DNA of 64,000 nucleotides from assembly GCA_963772365.1 (NCBI GenBank), contig CAVYXA010000001.1, positions 480,001 through 544,000 of the forward strand, given 5' to 3'. Shown here piece after piece: positions 10,295 through 20,157 of this stretch. Positions within the stretch are counted from its first letter, which is position 1, and each line of letters opens with the position of its first letter. A program made the translations under genes and the position numbers. The notes beneath the pieces are model-generated. The model made no database searches. It saw only the letters and a program-made list of their open reading frames with translations, and was not told the DNA's origin. This stretch comes from an uncultured Verrucomicrobiae bacterium. GTDB taxonomy: Bacteria; Verrucomicrobiota; Verrucomicrobiia; Chthoniobacterales; UBA10450.

Positions 10295-12166
10295 TTAGGG
10301 CAGTCCGTGGCCCCCATTGGCTTTAACCATGGAACTGTCGGTGGCGTTGATCGTGCCGTTGACATTCACGTCCGACCGAAAATTCGTGGTATCCAGCGTT
10401 TGACCAATTCGAGCTTTGGTCTGGCTGACGTCGCTCGCGTTTACCGCGCCATTTCCATTTGTATCGCCCAGTAGAATACTGACGTTCACTGTCGTGTCGG
10501 GCAAAACCCGAGAAGCGGAATCTGTGACATTGCTAAGCAGCAGCGTAACCGTCTGCGCATCCGTCACCCCGGTTAAGTTTACCGTCATCGTCTGACCCTG
10601 GTAAGCGGGAGGGCCGGAGATAGTGGCCGTTCCACTCGTTACGCTCACATTGCCGCTCACGACATCACTATTAAAGGTAAAGACGAGCGTATGATTGCCT
10701 CCGCTGCTCCGGCATTCCACCCCAGGCTGACCGCTGAGCGGCAGGTTAATGTCGAACGTGCCTGCGCTGCCGTGCGTTTTTCGCGAGGCCGCAGCTGTAA
10801 GTTGGAAGCCGTCGAGGTATCGCGCCAGCGCGAAATCGCTGTTCTGATAATACTGATCGCTGGAGGTATAACCACCCGCGACGAGTTTGCCATCGGGTTG
10901 AAATGCAAGGGCCACGCCTGTGGTCGACTGGCCGAAGGATGTCGTGACTATACCACCGTTGCCAAAAGTCGAATCGAGGGAGCCGTTTATGTCGAAGCGC
11001 AACAAGTGAAATGCAGAGTCCGATGTAAAATTGCCACTTCCGAGAGCGATTAGCTTGCCATCGCTTTGAAGCGCTACCGCATTGAGACCCCCTTGGTCCT
11101 GCATGAGCACCTTTCCGCCGTTGCCGAAGCTCTGATCGAACGAACCGTCTGGATTGAACCGCGCCAGGGCGAAACTATCGTAGGGGCTATTAACCTCGGC
11201 CCATCCTACCAGAACGATTTTGCCGTCAGTTTGAAGGACGGCATCGTTGGCAGCGTCCCAGTTACTACTAAAATTGGCTAACGCATGGCCGTCGCCCGAA
11301 AATGTTGTGTCGAGCGTGCCGTTGGGGTTATAACGGGCGACCAGGAATTGGTAGGTGGACCCACCGGCGATAACGAGTTTGCCATCCGGTTGGATCATTA
11401 GCGCAACGGCGTAACTCTCCGTGCCTTGCCCGAAATCATTGGTCACTATGCCGCCGTTGCCAAAGGTCGTGTCAAGCGAGCCATCGGGATTGTACCGAGC
11501 CAGGGCCACATTCCCTTTTCTCTGGTCGGCTGGATAAAAAAAGATGCCTTTGCGTCCAGCGGCTACTATTTTCCCATCAGACTGAAGCGCGAGCGCATAG
11601 GCCTGGTCATCGTCGGGCCCGACATTGGTTGTTACTATTCCACCGTTGCCGAAAGTGGGATCGACCGACCCGTTCGAGTTGAAGCGTAGCAGAACAAATG
11701 AACTATCACTTTGGGAAGGCAGATCGATGCTTCCACTGATCATAATCTTGCCATCCGGCAGAATGAGCAACCCAGCTGCGCTTTCCCGGACCGAGGCCAC
11801 GGTTATCACTTTGCCGCCATTGCCAAATGTCGGGTCGAGTGTGCCATCCGGATTGTAGCGAGCAAGCGCGCCCTTGTGGCTCGGGTGGGTATCACCAATG
11901 GCGATGATTTTGCCGTCGGGCTGGACCGCAATGCGGTTCAAATAGTCAACGCTATTGTTAAAGTCGGTCACGACCTTGCCACCGTTGCCAAATGTCGGGT
12001 CAAGTTCGCCATCCGTCGCTCGCGCAGTGTGTTCGCTGGTGAAAAACGCCACCATCATTGTCGCTGCGAAAACAAAGCCGCGCCAAATTGCTTTCCAGTT
12101 TTTTGTGGAAAGGAATTGTGCGGACTGTTGCCTGATTTCAATTTTGGTAAAAAATAACATGGTCAT
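10295..12166 (-). CDS. Delta-60 repeat protein with dockerin-like C-terminal module
   Basis: Repeated QxDGKI...ARYNxDGxLDxTFGNGG units; same SRKTHG...GDTNGNGAVNASD tail as the paralog array. Confidence 0.85.
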   Translation of the reverse strand: MTMLFFTKIEIRQQSAQFLSTKNWKAIWRGFVFAATMMVAFFTSEHTARATDGELDPTFGNGGKVVTDFNNSVDYLNRIAVQPDGKIIAIGDTHPSHKGALARYNPDGTLDPTFGNGGKVITVASVRESAAGLLILPDGKIMISGSIDLPSQSDSSFVLLRFNSNGSVDPTFGNGGIVTTNVGPDDDQAYALALQSDGKIVAAGRKGIFFYPADQRKGNVALARYNPDGSLDTTFGNGGIVTNDFGQGTESYAVALMIQPDGKLVIAGGSTYQFLVARYNPNGTLDTTFSGDGHALANFSSNWDAANDAVLQTDGKIVLVGWAEVNSPYDSFALARFNPDGSFDQSFGNGGKVLMQDQGGLNAVALQSDGKLIALGSGNFTSDSAFHLLRFDINGSLDSTFGNGGIVTTSFGQSTTGVALAFQPDGKLVAGGYTSSDQYYQNSDFALARYLDGFQLTAAASRKTHGSAGTFDINLPLSGQPGVECRSSGGNHTLVFTFNSDVVSGNVSVTSGTATISGPPAYQGQTMTVNLTGVTDAQTVTLLLSNVTDSASRVLPDTTVNVSILLGDTNGNGAVNASDVSQTKARIGQTLDTTNFRSDVNVNGTINATDSSMVKANGGHGLP

Positions 12167-12350
12167 TCCTCCAGTTGATAATTGAGAATATTTGATTGAA
12201 GTATCGTTCCCTCAGGCCACGGTCGGCCGGATCGGAGAAGTAACAGACTTGTTACCTTTGGAGTTCGCCGGCGCGCTAAGATGACGCCGGGGCGGGTTCA
12301 GCGGCTGAAGCGACTGGATCTCCGCTTCGACACTCGCCCAAAATTCGTCA

Positions 12351-13679
12351 TCATTGCGCGCATTCTTCGAATGCGGCGGGTCTGCCTTCCAGAAGCGCCA
12401 GAGCTTCGCCGGCGAAATGGAGCGAACCGGTGATCAGAATGCGATTCGGCTGGGTACGTGCGCGGTCCATTGCATCGACAATGGACGCGGTGACCGAAAT
12501 TGTAGGGCAACCGCTCCGGTTGCCGGCAGGCGATGCGCCTGCCCTACAAACATCCTGAAAAATTCTCGCAATCTTGTCCGGCGCGGCGGCGCGTTCGCTG
12601 CGAATTTGCGGAAGCAAAACGAATTCCGCGATCGGGGCTAGCGTTCTGCATATGCCGGCCAGGTCTTTGTCCTCCAGGATTGCCAGAATGATCGTCGCCC
12701 GTTCGCCGGGAAAAATTTCCTGCCAGGTGTCTGCAAGAATTTGGGCCGCCGCAGGATTATGAGCGCCATCAATGATTGTGCGCTTGTCCCAGACTTGAAA
12801 TCTTGCCGGCCAATGCACCGAGCTCAGCCCACGCGCAATCGCTGAATCGTTGATGTCGATCCTGCCGGCGCGCAGCGCAGCGATTGCCAGACCGGCATTC
12901 AACTTCTGATATCGCCCGCGTAACGCGATCGGGCTTTGTTCATAGGCGTCGTTCACAAACTGGAGCGGCGCTTCACATTCTTTGGCCCGTCGCTCAATTA
13001 CCTCTCTTGCGTCTGGTAATTGCTCAGCGGAAACCACGGGAGTTTTTGCTTTGATAATACCAGCTTTTTCGGCGGCGATTTCGGCGACTGTTTTGCCAAG
13101 CCATTTCTGATGATCGAGCGCGATCGGCGTAATCACCGCCATATCAGATTGCACCGCGTTGGTCGCATCGAGTCTTCCGCCCAATCCTGTTTCGAGCACA
13201 GCGATGTCGATCTCCTGATCTTGAAAATATTTCAATGCCAGCGCGGTTGTGACTTCGAAAAATGTCGGGTGCGGATTCCATTCACAAATCAATGAGCGAA
13301 TCGCGCTTAGCCCGGCGGCTGCCGTCGTTTCAAAAATCGGTTTCCCATCAACACAAATCCGTTCGCGAAAAGTGATGAGGTGAGGGGAAGTAAAAAGACC
13401 GGTGCGACAACCTTGCGCGCGCAGGATGGAATCGATCATCGCCGAGACCGATCCTTTGCCGTTTGTGCCGGCGATATGAATGACACGGAACTGTCGATCT
13501 TGCACGCCGAGCGCGCGAAACAAACGGCGGCTGTTTTCCAACCCAAGCTTGATACCAAAACGCTGAAGGCTATAGAGCCAGGCCAGCGTCTCGCGATAGT
13601 GGATCGGCGCCTCTCCCGAGACGTTAACTCTCGCGGGCGGGCGCGCCCATCTCGCTCGGCTCCCGCCAACTCGATTCAC
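12351..13679 (-). CDS. folC: Folylpolyglutamate synthase/dihydrofolate synthase
   Basis: HIAGTNGKGS, TSPHL, ETGLGGRLDATN, DGAHNP motifs; coupled to accD by ATGA overlap. Confidence 0.95.
   Translation of the reverse strand: MNRVGGSRARWARPPARVNVSGEAPIHYRETLAWLYSLQRFGIKLGLENSRRLFRALGVQDRQFRVIHIAGTNGKGSVSAMIDSILRAQGCRTGLFTSPHLITFRERICVDGKPIFETTAAAGLSAIRSLICEWNPHPTFFEVTTALALKYFQDQEIDIAVLETGLGGRLDATNAVQSDMAVITPIALDHQKWLGKTVAEIAAEKAGIIKAKTPVVSAEQLPDAREVIERRAKECEAPLQFVNDAYEQSPIALRGRYQKLNAGLAIAALRAGRIDINDSAIARGLSSVHWPARFQVWDKRTIIDGAHNPAAAQILADTWQEIFPGERATIILAILEDKDLAGICRTLAPIAEFVLLPQIRSERAAAPDKIARIFQDVCRAGASPAGNRSGCPTISVTASIVDAMDRARTQPNRILITGSLHFAGEALALLEGRPAAFEECAQ
12501..12548. repeat. GTAG-type REP doublet inside the folC reading frame
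   Basis: TGTAG-GGCAACCG-CTC-CGGTTGCC-GGCAGGCG-ATG-CGCCTGCC-CTACA, 48 bp. Confidence 0.85.
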
Positions 13680-14521
13680 GATGGGATTGACAAGTAACCG
13701 AGCAATCGGCTGATCTGCTCTCGCATTTTCTTGCGATGCACAATCATGTCGATCAACCCGTGATCGAGAAGAAATTCGGCCGTCTGAAATCCTTCCGGCA
13801 AATCTTGATGCGTGGTTTCCTTGATCACTCGGGGACCGGCGAAACCGATCATGCTTTTGGGCTCGGCCATAATTACGTCGCCCAACGAAGCGAAACTCGC
13901 CATGACACCGGCCGTCGTCGGATTGGTTAGGACAGAAATGTAAGGAAGATGTTGTTGAGCATGCCGGGCGAGCGCGCCGCTGGTCTTGGCCATTTGCATC
14001 AGGCTCAACATTCCTTCGTACATTCGCGCGCCACCCGAAGCGGCGATAATGATCACTGCCGAACGTTCTGCCGTCCCGTATTCGATCGCGCGAGTAATTC
14101 GTTCGCCTACGACCGATCCCATGGTGGCGGCGAGAAAAGTGAAATCCATGACCGCGATCGCGACCTTGTAGCCGTCGAGCATTCCATGTCCACTAATTAC
14201 GGCGTCGATCAACCCCGTGCTTTCCTGGTATTTTTTCAGCCGGTCCTTGTAACTGGCCATTCCTTGAAAACGGAGCGTGTCGATCGATTTCAAACCGGCA
14301 TCCATTTCGACAAAACTTTTGGAATCGAGCAGATTGTCGATCCTCTCCTTGGCCGATTGGGCGAAATGATGATCGCAGTGGGGACAGACGCGCTGGTTAT
14401 CGGCCAGCTGAATCTCGGTCACCACTTCGCCGCAACTGGGACACTTTTGAAAAACACCCTGCGGAAAATCGCGTTTCTTTTCACCTTCTCTTCCGAATCG
14501 AGGTTTTTTGAAGATGGCCAT
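13676..14521 (-). CDS. accD: Acetyl-CoA carboxylase carboxyltransferase beta subunit
   Basis: Zn finger CPSC...CPHC, SGGARM, IGFAGPRVI, FQTAEFL motifs. Confidence 0.97.
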   Translation of the reverse strand: MAIFKKPRFGREGEKKRDFPQGVFQKCPSCGEVVTEIQLADNQRVCPHCDHHFAQSAKERIDNLLDSKSFVEMDAGLKSIDTLRFQGMASYKDRLKKYQESTGLIDAVISGHGMLDGYKVAIAVMDFTFLAATMGSVVGERITRAIEYGTAERSAVIIIAASGGARMYEGMLSLMQMAKTSGALARHAQQHLPYISVLTNPTTAGVMASFASLGDVIMAEPKSMIGFAGPRVIKETTHQDLPEGFQTAEFLLDHGLIDMIVHRKKMREQISRLLGYLSIPS

Positions 14522-14527
14522 CGGAAA

Positions 14528-15286
14528 TTATGCCCGTGCCGCGACGGCCGCATGGACTGAGAACGCCCCGCCTTTCTTTAGAACGCGGGCGCACTCGCTC
14601 AAAGTCGAGCCGGTTGTCAAAACGTCGTCGATCAAAAGCACCCGCAAACCTTGCACGTCCGCGGTTTTTCGTAAACGAAAGGCATTATGTAAATTTTCCA
14701 TCCGCTCGGCCCGATCAAATGCCGTCTGAGTGGTGGTATAACGGACGCGTTCCAGAACGGGCTTGCTCGGCACACCAACCCGCGCACTCAACAATTCCGC
14801 CAGAAGTGCCGCTTGATTAAATCCGCGTTCCCGTTCCCGCGTGGGATGTAACGGGACCGGAACAACGATATCGAAACGGCGATCGCGGAGCCGCACATCC
14901 TCCAGCGCTTCACAGAGCCAGCCGGCGATGAGATTCCGAAGATGGGTTTGCCGTCTGTATTTGTAATCATGGATCACCCGACGAACGATCCCGCGGCTGC
15001 GATAGACTGCTACGGCTGTTTCAAAATGAAGCACTCGATGCGCGCAGTTTGCGCAGGTGAATGAATCGTTAATCGCACCAGCAAATGGCTCCGAGCACCG
15101 CTCGCAAAACGGCGGGACGATCCGCATCGTTTTACTGTCGCAAGTGAGACAGAGATAGTCACCGGCATCGACGGCTAGTCCGCAAATTGTGCAAACCGGC
15201 GGGTAAAGGAGCGAAGTGATCGCGCCCAGCGCTCCAAACCCAGATTTTGCTTTAGCTATCTTGTCATGTTGAGCAAAGTGAAACAT
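14528..15286 (-). CDS. comF: ComF family protein (double zinc ribbon plus phosphoribosyltransferase)
   Basis: CxxC pairs, RGFNQA, LLIDDVLTTGST; the first ORF codons fall in a repeat, so the true start is uncertain. Confidence 0.9.
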   Translation of the reverse strand: MFHFAQHDKIAKAKSGFGALGAITSLLYPPVCTICGLAVDAGDYLCLTCDSKTMRIVPPFCERCSEPFAGAINDSFTCANCAHRVLHFETAVAVYRSRGIVRRVIHDYKYRRQTHLRNLIAGWLCEALEDVRLRDRRFDIVVPVPLHPTRERERGFNQAALLAELLSARVGVPSKPVLERVRYTTTQTAFDRAERMENLHNAFRLRKTADVQGLRVLLIDDVLTTGSTLSECARVLKKGGAFSVHAAVAARA

Positions 15287-15358
15287 CTCTAACCTTTTTA
15301 ATCTTGGCCGGCGTCGCTTGGAAGAGATTTGAGATTCTTCGCTCCGCTCAGAATGACA
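15262..15358. repeat. Inverted pair of TGTCA-type palindromic repeats
   Basis: TGTCATGTTGAGCAAAGTGAAACATCTC ... GAGATTCTTCGCTCCGCTCAGAATGACA; same family at 43398 and 52763. Confidence 0.8.
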
Positions 15359-15373
15359 GCGCAGATTCTGGGT

Positions 15374-16255
15374 TCAAAGATGGCGAGCGCGCTCATGTTT
15401 TAGCCAGAGAACCAATATCAGCCACGTCAGCAAAGCGACAACCAGCGGCACAATTCCGACCAGTAAATTTTTCCCGATCCATGGGAGCAGAATTGTTTGC
15501 CGGCGCGCTGCGGCCTTGAAGAGCCCGCTGGCAAAAATCCAGCCGGCATGCAGGCCGATCGGCAACCAAAGCGACCGCGTTCGAATCCGCGCATCAGCTA
15601 GAATCCAGCCGATCAGGAACAGGGTCGTGAATGCGGCGAGGACAAACATCGGATCGGCGAATTGTCCGAACGACTGAGCAATGGAATGGAAGCCGGACGA
15701 CCACGTAACGATTGTCGCTGTTCGCGCGGGCGCTTTTAGGAAATGGACAACGGCGAACAACGCGGACGTCGCCAGGATCGACAGGTCCTTGTGACCCGTT
15801 CGCAGTAAAATGCCCAGGATCAAACCGCGAAAAAATGTTTCTTCAATCAATGGCACCGCGATCGATGCCGCGATTATCTTGCCGAATGAATGCACGGCGA
15901 AATGGTGGCGCCATCCGTAAACCCCAAGGGAGAGAAAGAGAGCGCCGCAACAGAGCAGGGGAATGGCGGACAAAATAAAGCCGCCAAACACGTGACGCCC
16001 CGCCCGCGGATTTCGTTCCAGTTGAAGATCGCGCAGCGTTCGCACGTTGCTCCAGAGCAGAAACGGCCAGAGCAAAACCAGAGCTGCGATTAGAAGCGCT
16101 CGGTGAAAAAACGTTTCAAACTCAAACCTTGCCAAATCGGGTGCCCACGCTTGGGCTGCCCAGAAAAGAAATGGGGCGATCAACGAGCCCACGAGAATCG
16201 TGGCTGCGAAATAAACTGCCAATCTGAGCGCATCTTTCAATCTCGCAAGAGCCAT
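15374..16255 (-). CDS. CPBP family intramembrane glutamic metalloprotease
   Basis: EETFFRG, FAVVH, LHAGW motifs; multiple TM helices. Confidence 0.9.
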   Translation of the reverse strand: MALARLKDALRLAVYFAATILVGSLIAPFLFWAAQAWAPDLARFEFETFFHRALLIAALVLLWPFLLWSNVRTLRDLQLERNPRAGRHVFGGFILSAIPLLCCGALFLSLGVYGWRHHFAVHSFGKIIAASIAVPLIEETFFRGLILGILLRTGHKDLSILATSALFAVVHFLKAPARTATIVTWSSGFHSIAQSFGQFADPMFVLAAFTTLFLIGWILADARIRTRSLWLPIGLHAGWIFASGLFKAAARRQTILLPWIGKNLLVGIVPLVVALLTWLILVLWLKHERARHL

Positions 16256-16316
16256 CGCATAAACAGGTCTGCCATGTCCAGCGAAGTCGAAGCGCTCCGA
16301 AGGGCGTGTGAGATGC

Positions 16317-16489
16317 TTTCGCACGAAGTGCTTTCGGAGTGCGGGGCGTCTTCGCACCGCTTTTTCATAAATCGCAGACAGTTAGCGCGCTATCGAGAAA
16401 AACAGGAGGTGAATTGGAGTCCGATGCAAATCCTTGGCCCGTCCCAAAGCGACGCGAGGACGTGGTCGCACTCCGAAAGCTTCGCGAAA
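16317..16489. repeat. Inverted REP-like pair (GGAGTGCG/CGCACTCC family)
   Basis: 16317-16363 and 16446-16489 are imperfect inverted copies. Confidence 0.7.
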
Positions 16490-16547
16490 AGATTTGCGCG
16501 TGTTCAAAGCTTTTGCGGATGGCGAATCAAGGCGAGAGTTTTAGATA

Positions 16548-16808
16548 ATGCGAGCTCAGCACGTTTGGACAGAAAAAGACTCCGAGGGGCGTAAGCGCGA
16601 GGTGCGAGCGACGAAGTTTGGTGGAAGCTGGCGGCTCCAATCCAAAACAGCCGGCGATCTGGAATGGACCTATTACGACCGACCGCAACTGGAGGACTTG
16701 CTGGCGTTAAAAGAGATCCTGTTTCGGAAATATCAGCGGCGACGCGCCTCAGCGGAAGACGTTGCCTCGATCGAGAAGCTGATCCAAGAGCAGACTACAG
16801 AGGAATGA
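16548..16808 (+). CDS. Hypothetical protein
   Basis: 86 aa ATG ORF with protein-like composition upstream of tlyA. Confidence 0.7.
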   Translation: MRAQHVWTEKDSEGRKREVRATKFGGSWRLQSKTAGDLEWTYYDRPQLEDLLALKEILFRKYQRRRASAEDVASIEKLIQEQTTEE

Positions 16809-16875
16809 GTCAGGATTGCAATAAGCTTCTAGTTAACAGGGACCTTCGAAATCTAATACGGTAATCTCCGAGACA

Positions 16876-17622
16876 ATGTTAAAGCTGAAAAAACTCCGGC
16901 TTGATCAGTTGCTGGTGACCAAAGGCCTCTTTCCCAGCCGGGAAAAAGCCCAGCGCGCTGTCATGGCCGGGGAAATCAAGATCGGAACGCAGGTCGCGGC
17001 CAAGCCATCCCAGCTTGTCCAACCGGATGTGGAGATCAGCGTGAAATCGCCGGAAAAATTTGTCGGTCGCGGCGGCCTGAAATTGGAAGGGGCGCTCAAT
17101 GATTTCAAGATCGACGTCGAGAACAAGATCGCCCTCGACATCGGCGCTTCGACAGGCGGATTCACCGATTGTCTGCTCCAGAGGGGCGCGGCCAGGGTTT
17201 ACGCCGTCGATGTTGGCCACGGTCAATTGGATTGGAAAATTCGGAACGATCCGCTTGTGATCGTGCTGGAAAAGCTGAATGGGCGGTTTCTGTCCCGTGA
17301 GCAGATTCCTGAGTCTGTCGATCTTTGCGTGATCGATGTCTCATTTATCTCGCTGACTTTGATCTTGCCCAATGCCTTTGAGTTGCTAACTGCAAATGGC
17401 GTGATCCTGGCTTTGATCAAGCCACAGTTCGAGCTCCAGGCGGCCGATGTCGGAAGCGGGGGAATCGTTCGTAAACCGGAGTTGCATCGAAAGGCACAAG
17501 ACAAGATCGTTCAGTTCGTGACTCAGCTCGGCCATAGCGTTTCCGAAATTGTTCCTTCCAGCATCACTGGCGCCGACGGCAATCAGGAATTTTTTGCATG
17601 CATACGAAAACGATCGGCCTGA
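16876..17622 (+). CDS. tlyA: TlyA family rRNA methyltransferase
   Basis: S4 domain RLDQLL; LDIGASTGGFTD, DVSFISL, LIKPQFE motifs. Confidence 0.95.
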   Translation: MLKLKKLRLDQLLVTKGLFPSREKAQRAVMAGEIKIGTQVAAKPSQLVQPDVEISVKSPEKFVGRGGLKLEGALNDFKIDVENKIALDIGASTGGFTDCLLQRGAARVYAVDVGHGQLDWKIRNDPLVIVLEKLNGRFLSREQIPESVDLCVIDVSFISLTLILPNAFELLTANGVILALIKPQFELQAADVGSGGIVRKPELHRKAQDKIVQFVTQLGHSVSEIVPSSITGADGNQEFFACIRKRSA

Positions 17623-18464
17623 TTGCGCATACCGGAAAACCCGGCGTGGCCGATCTGGTCAACGCCGTGGCGGACGAGTTTCGCCGGTATTCGATGTCGA
17701 TCCTGCTGGAAAAGGAAACGGCCGCGATTGCCGGGAAAAAATCAGACAGCACCATAGCGCAGCTTGGCGCCGCCACGGATCTCTTAGTGGTCGTCGGCGG
17801 AGACGGGACCATCCTGCGCGTGGTTGGACAACTGGGTGAGGCGATCAAGCCGGTCTTCGGGATCAATGTGGGATCGCTCGGCTTTTTGACCTGCGCAAAT
17901 TCCAGCGCTTATCGCGAAGCGGTCGAATGCATCGCGAAAGACCGCATCAACTTCAGTCAAAGGACGCTGTTGGAAGCACGGGTCACGTTAGGCGAAAAAC
18001 GCACCGGGAAAATGATCGCCCTCAACGACGCAGTCCTGAGCCGGGGCGAGCTTTCCCGGTTGGTCTTATTGCAAGCACGAGTGAACGGCGAAGTGCTCAC
18101 GGAATTTAATGCCGATGGATTAGTCGTGGCCACGCCGACCGGGTCGACCGCCTATTCGCTCTCGGCGGGCGGGCCGATTCTCGACCCGGAATCGGGCGTC
18201 CTCGTGATTACCCCGATTTGTCCGCACGTCCTGACCAATCGGTCCATCATTGTGGCCTCAACCTCGGTCATCGAAATTGAAGCGAGCGATCCTGAGTATC
18301 CGGTCTTTCTCACGCTCGACGGCCGGCCACCAATTCACATCGAGCGAGGATCTACAATCACCATCCGCAAAGCGAAAAAGACTCTGCCTTTGGCCGCGTT
18401 GCCCGATGTCTCATTCTTCAGCGTGGTGCGACAAAAGCTGAAATGGAGCGGCAGCAACGTCTAA
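17598..18464 (+). CDS. nadK: NAD kinase
   Basis: GGDGT, GSLGFL, LND, DGLVVATPTGSTAYSLSAGGP motifs. Confidence 0.96.
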   Translation: MHTKTIGLIAHTGKPGVADLVNAVADEFRRYSMSILLEKETAAIAGKKSDSTIAQLGAATDLLVVVGGDGTILRVVGQLGEAIKPVFGINVGSLGFLTCANSSAYREAVECIAKDRINFSQRTLLEARVTLGEKRTGKMIALNDAVLSRGELSRLVLLQARVNGEVLTEFNADGLVVATPTGSTAYSLSAGGPILDPESGVLVITPICPHVLTNRSIIVASTSVIEIEASDPEYPVFLTLDGRPPIHIERGSTITIRKAKKTLPLAALPDVSFFSVVRQKLKWSGSNV

Positions 18465-18480
18465 GAGCCATCTCGTAAAT

Positions 18481-18508
18481 GGTAGGGACGGATCGCCGAG
18501 CCGTCCGC
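18481..18508. repeat. Single GTAG-type REP hairpin
   Basis: GTAG-GGACGGATCGCCGAGCCGTCC between convergent genes. Confidence 0.6.
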
Positions 18509-18550
18509 AACGCGCGCCCCACCACAACACGGCGCCCGACCATTCGCAGT

Positions 18551-19210
18551 CTAGATTCGTTCGATTGTTGCCAGCCAGCCCGGTGCACCGTGGTCGTGGA
18601 ATCTCGTCTCAATCCGCTCCGGTTCGATTGTGACGATATTCCAGCCGGTGCTGGGGTTGAACGCAGATCTCAGGTCTCTCTGACTGATCGGGTGCGGGCC
18701 AATATCGACACCTTCGTCACTGAAGCACAGCACGTACAGAGTCCCACCGTGTTTGGTCACCGATGCCAGACTCGCCGCGTATCGGGGTTGCTCGTCGTTG
18801 TCGAAAGTGTGGAATAGTCCGCAGTCCATCACAGTTTCGAACTTGCGCCCCAACCGATCGAGTTGGAGCGCGTCAGCTAAGGCGAATTCAACGTCGATCT
18901 TACGGTCGTCGGCTTTCTGTCGCGCGATCGCCAGTGCCGTTTCAGCTACATCAACACCGACAACGGCGAGTCCGAGCCAAGCGACCTGAAGAGCGTTCTC
19001 GCCGGTCCCGCATCCCGCATCGAGCACCGCTCCGGCAAATCCGCCTTTGGATGCCAGGCGCACGAGTGCTGGCTGCGGCCGGCCAATATCCCAGGGCGCA
19101 GGCCCATCGTGATACGACGCATCCCAGGGCAATCCTGATTGCCGTTCGTGGCTGGTTGGCCGCCGACCACCAAACGGATCGCCACCGAAGGTTCGTGGTT
19201 GCTCCGACAA
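18551..19210 (-). CDS. Class I SAM-dependent methyltransferase
   Basis: PWDIGRPQ, VLDAGCGTGE, DCGLFH motifs. Confidence 0.9.
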   Translation of the reverse strand: MSEQPRTFGGDPFGGRRPTSHERQSGLPWDASYHDGPAPWDIGRPQPALVRLASKGGFAGAVLDAGCGTGENALQVAWLGLAVVGVDVAETALAIARQKADDRKIDVEFALADALQLDRLGRKFETVMDCGLFHTFDNDEQPRYAASLASVTKHGGTLYVLCFSDEGVDIGPHPISQRDLRSAFNPSTGWNIVTIEPERIETRFHDHGAPGWLATIERI

Positions 19211-19333
19211 TTTCTTCCTCCAGCGGATTTTGCCAGGTGATCGTGGCAGGTCAATTCGCCAGCTCGCCGCCGTAGTCCTCCGATGGCGACGAAGGCGAAT
19301 CCGTGGTTCTCAGATTGCCGAAGGATCCACTTG

Positions 19334-19996
19334 TCAGGCCAACTGGCGAGAGCGGAAACGAGTTACACCGAACAAAGCGACCAAGCCTACGAACAGTAAT
19401 CCAAAAGTTGAACCCGAGTCGGGCACTATACGGACGGTGAAGTTCTGGTTTACTCCAGTTCCCCAGGTCCACTCATAGATGCCAGGCGTTAAGCCGAGGC
19501 TGGCGAAACTCGCGCTGTCGTAGGTCGCGGTGTCCGACAGGGGGGAACCGGATACATAGCCTAGTGGCACAAACAGCAAATGACCGAGGCCGAAGATTCC
19601 GACTAGATCCCCGCTGCCACTATCGGCCAAGGTGCCAAAGCCGCTTCCAAAACTTGTCGGACCACTGATACCACCGCCGCCATACGGCTGGACAGGGTTA
19701 GACCCAGTTGGGCCAGTAAAGATGTATGCACCGAATGGGACCACTTGAGATGTCCCTGTTGTTGGGAAAAGAGTATCGAGGCCAGTTAAATCGATAGGTC
19801 CGCTTCCGGTGGCGACAACGTCGGGACCGACTTGCCGGAACGTTACGATGTAACCGGCTTGAGCGGATGGAGCGGAGGAAACGATTGCGAACGCCAGAGC
19901 AGCTAGCGTGGGTTGAAAGAATTTGCGGAAGAAGCTAGCTGTTTTCAGAGGATTTAGCACGGGCGTGAGAATGAGAAAAAACGAGCGCAAAGTCAA
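19334..19996 (-). CDS. VPDSG-CTERM sorting domain protein
   Basis: Signal-peptide-like segment; C-terminal VPDSGST, TM helix and basic tail; start uncertain. Confidence 0.85.
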   Translation of the reverse strand: MTLRSFFLILTPVLNPLKTASFFRKFFQPTLAALAFAIVSSAPSAQAGYIVTFRQVGPDVVATGSGPIDLTGLDTLFPTTGTSQVVPFGAYIFTGPTGSNPVQPYGGGGISGPTSFGSGFGTLADSGSGDLVGIFGLGHLLFVPLGYVSGSPLSDTATYDSASFASLGLTPGIYEWTWGTGVNQNFTVRIVPDSGSTFGLLFVGLVALFGVTRFRSRQLA

Positions 19997-20157
19997 GCTT
20001 AATTCGTTAACTGCGTAGGAAAATTGCTGCCAGTGCCTACTAAATCCGCTGCCGATTTAGCGACATTTGGCAATCGGCAAAGTGCTCACACCGATTCCTG
20101 CGGCGAAAAGAGGGCGCGGAGTTTGAGAAAGCTTTCGCCGCAATTTGAATACTGTCG

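Noticed and set aside
10800..12020. Periodic CCGTTGCCAAA-like DNA repeats suggesting an array
   Set aside because: They encode delta-60 protein repeats (TFGNGG); I saw no CRISPR-like repeat-spacer array in the window
12180..12340. Possible riboswitch upstream of the delta-60 gene
   Set aside because: Several short hairpins and a GTAAC-N6-GTTAC palindrome, but no aptamer consensus I can recognise
20031..20056. Third degenerate IS end (GCCTACTAAATCC) and a CCTACTAA match to the 22107 hairpin loop
   Set aside because: Matches are too short to distinguish from chance
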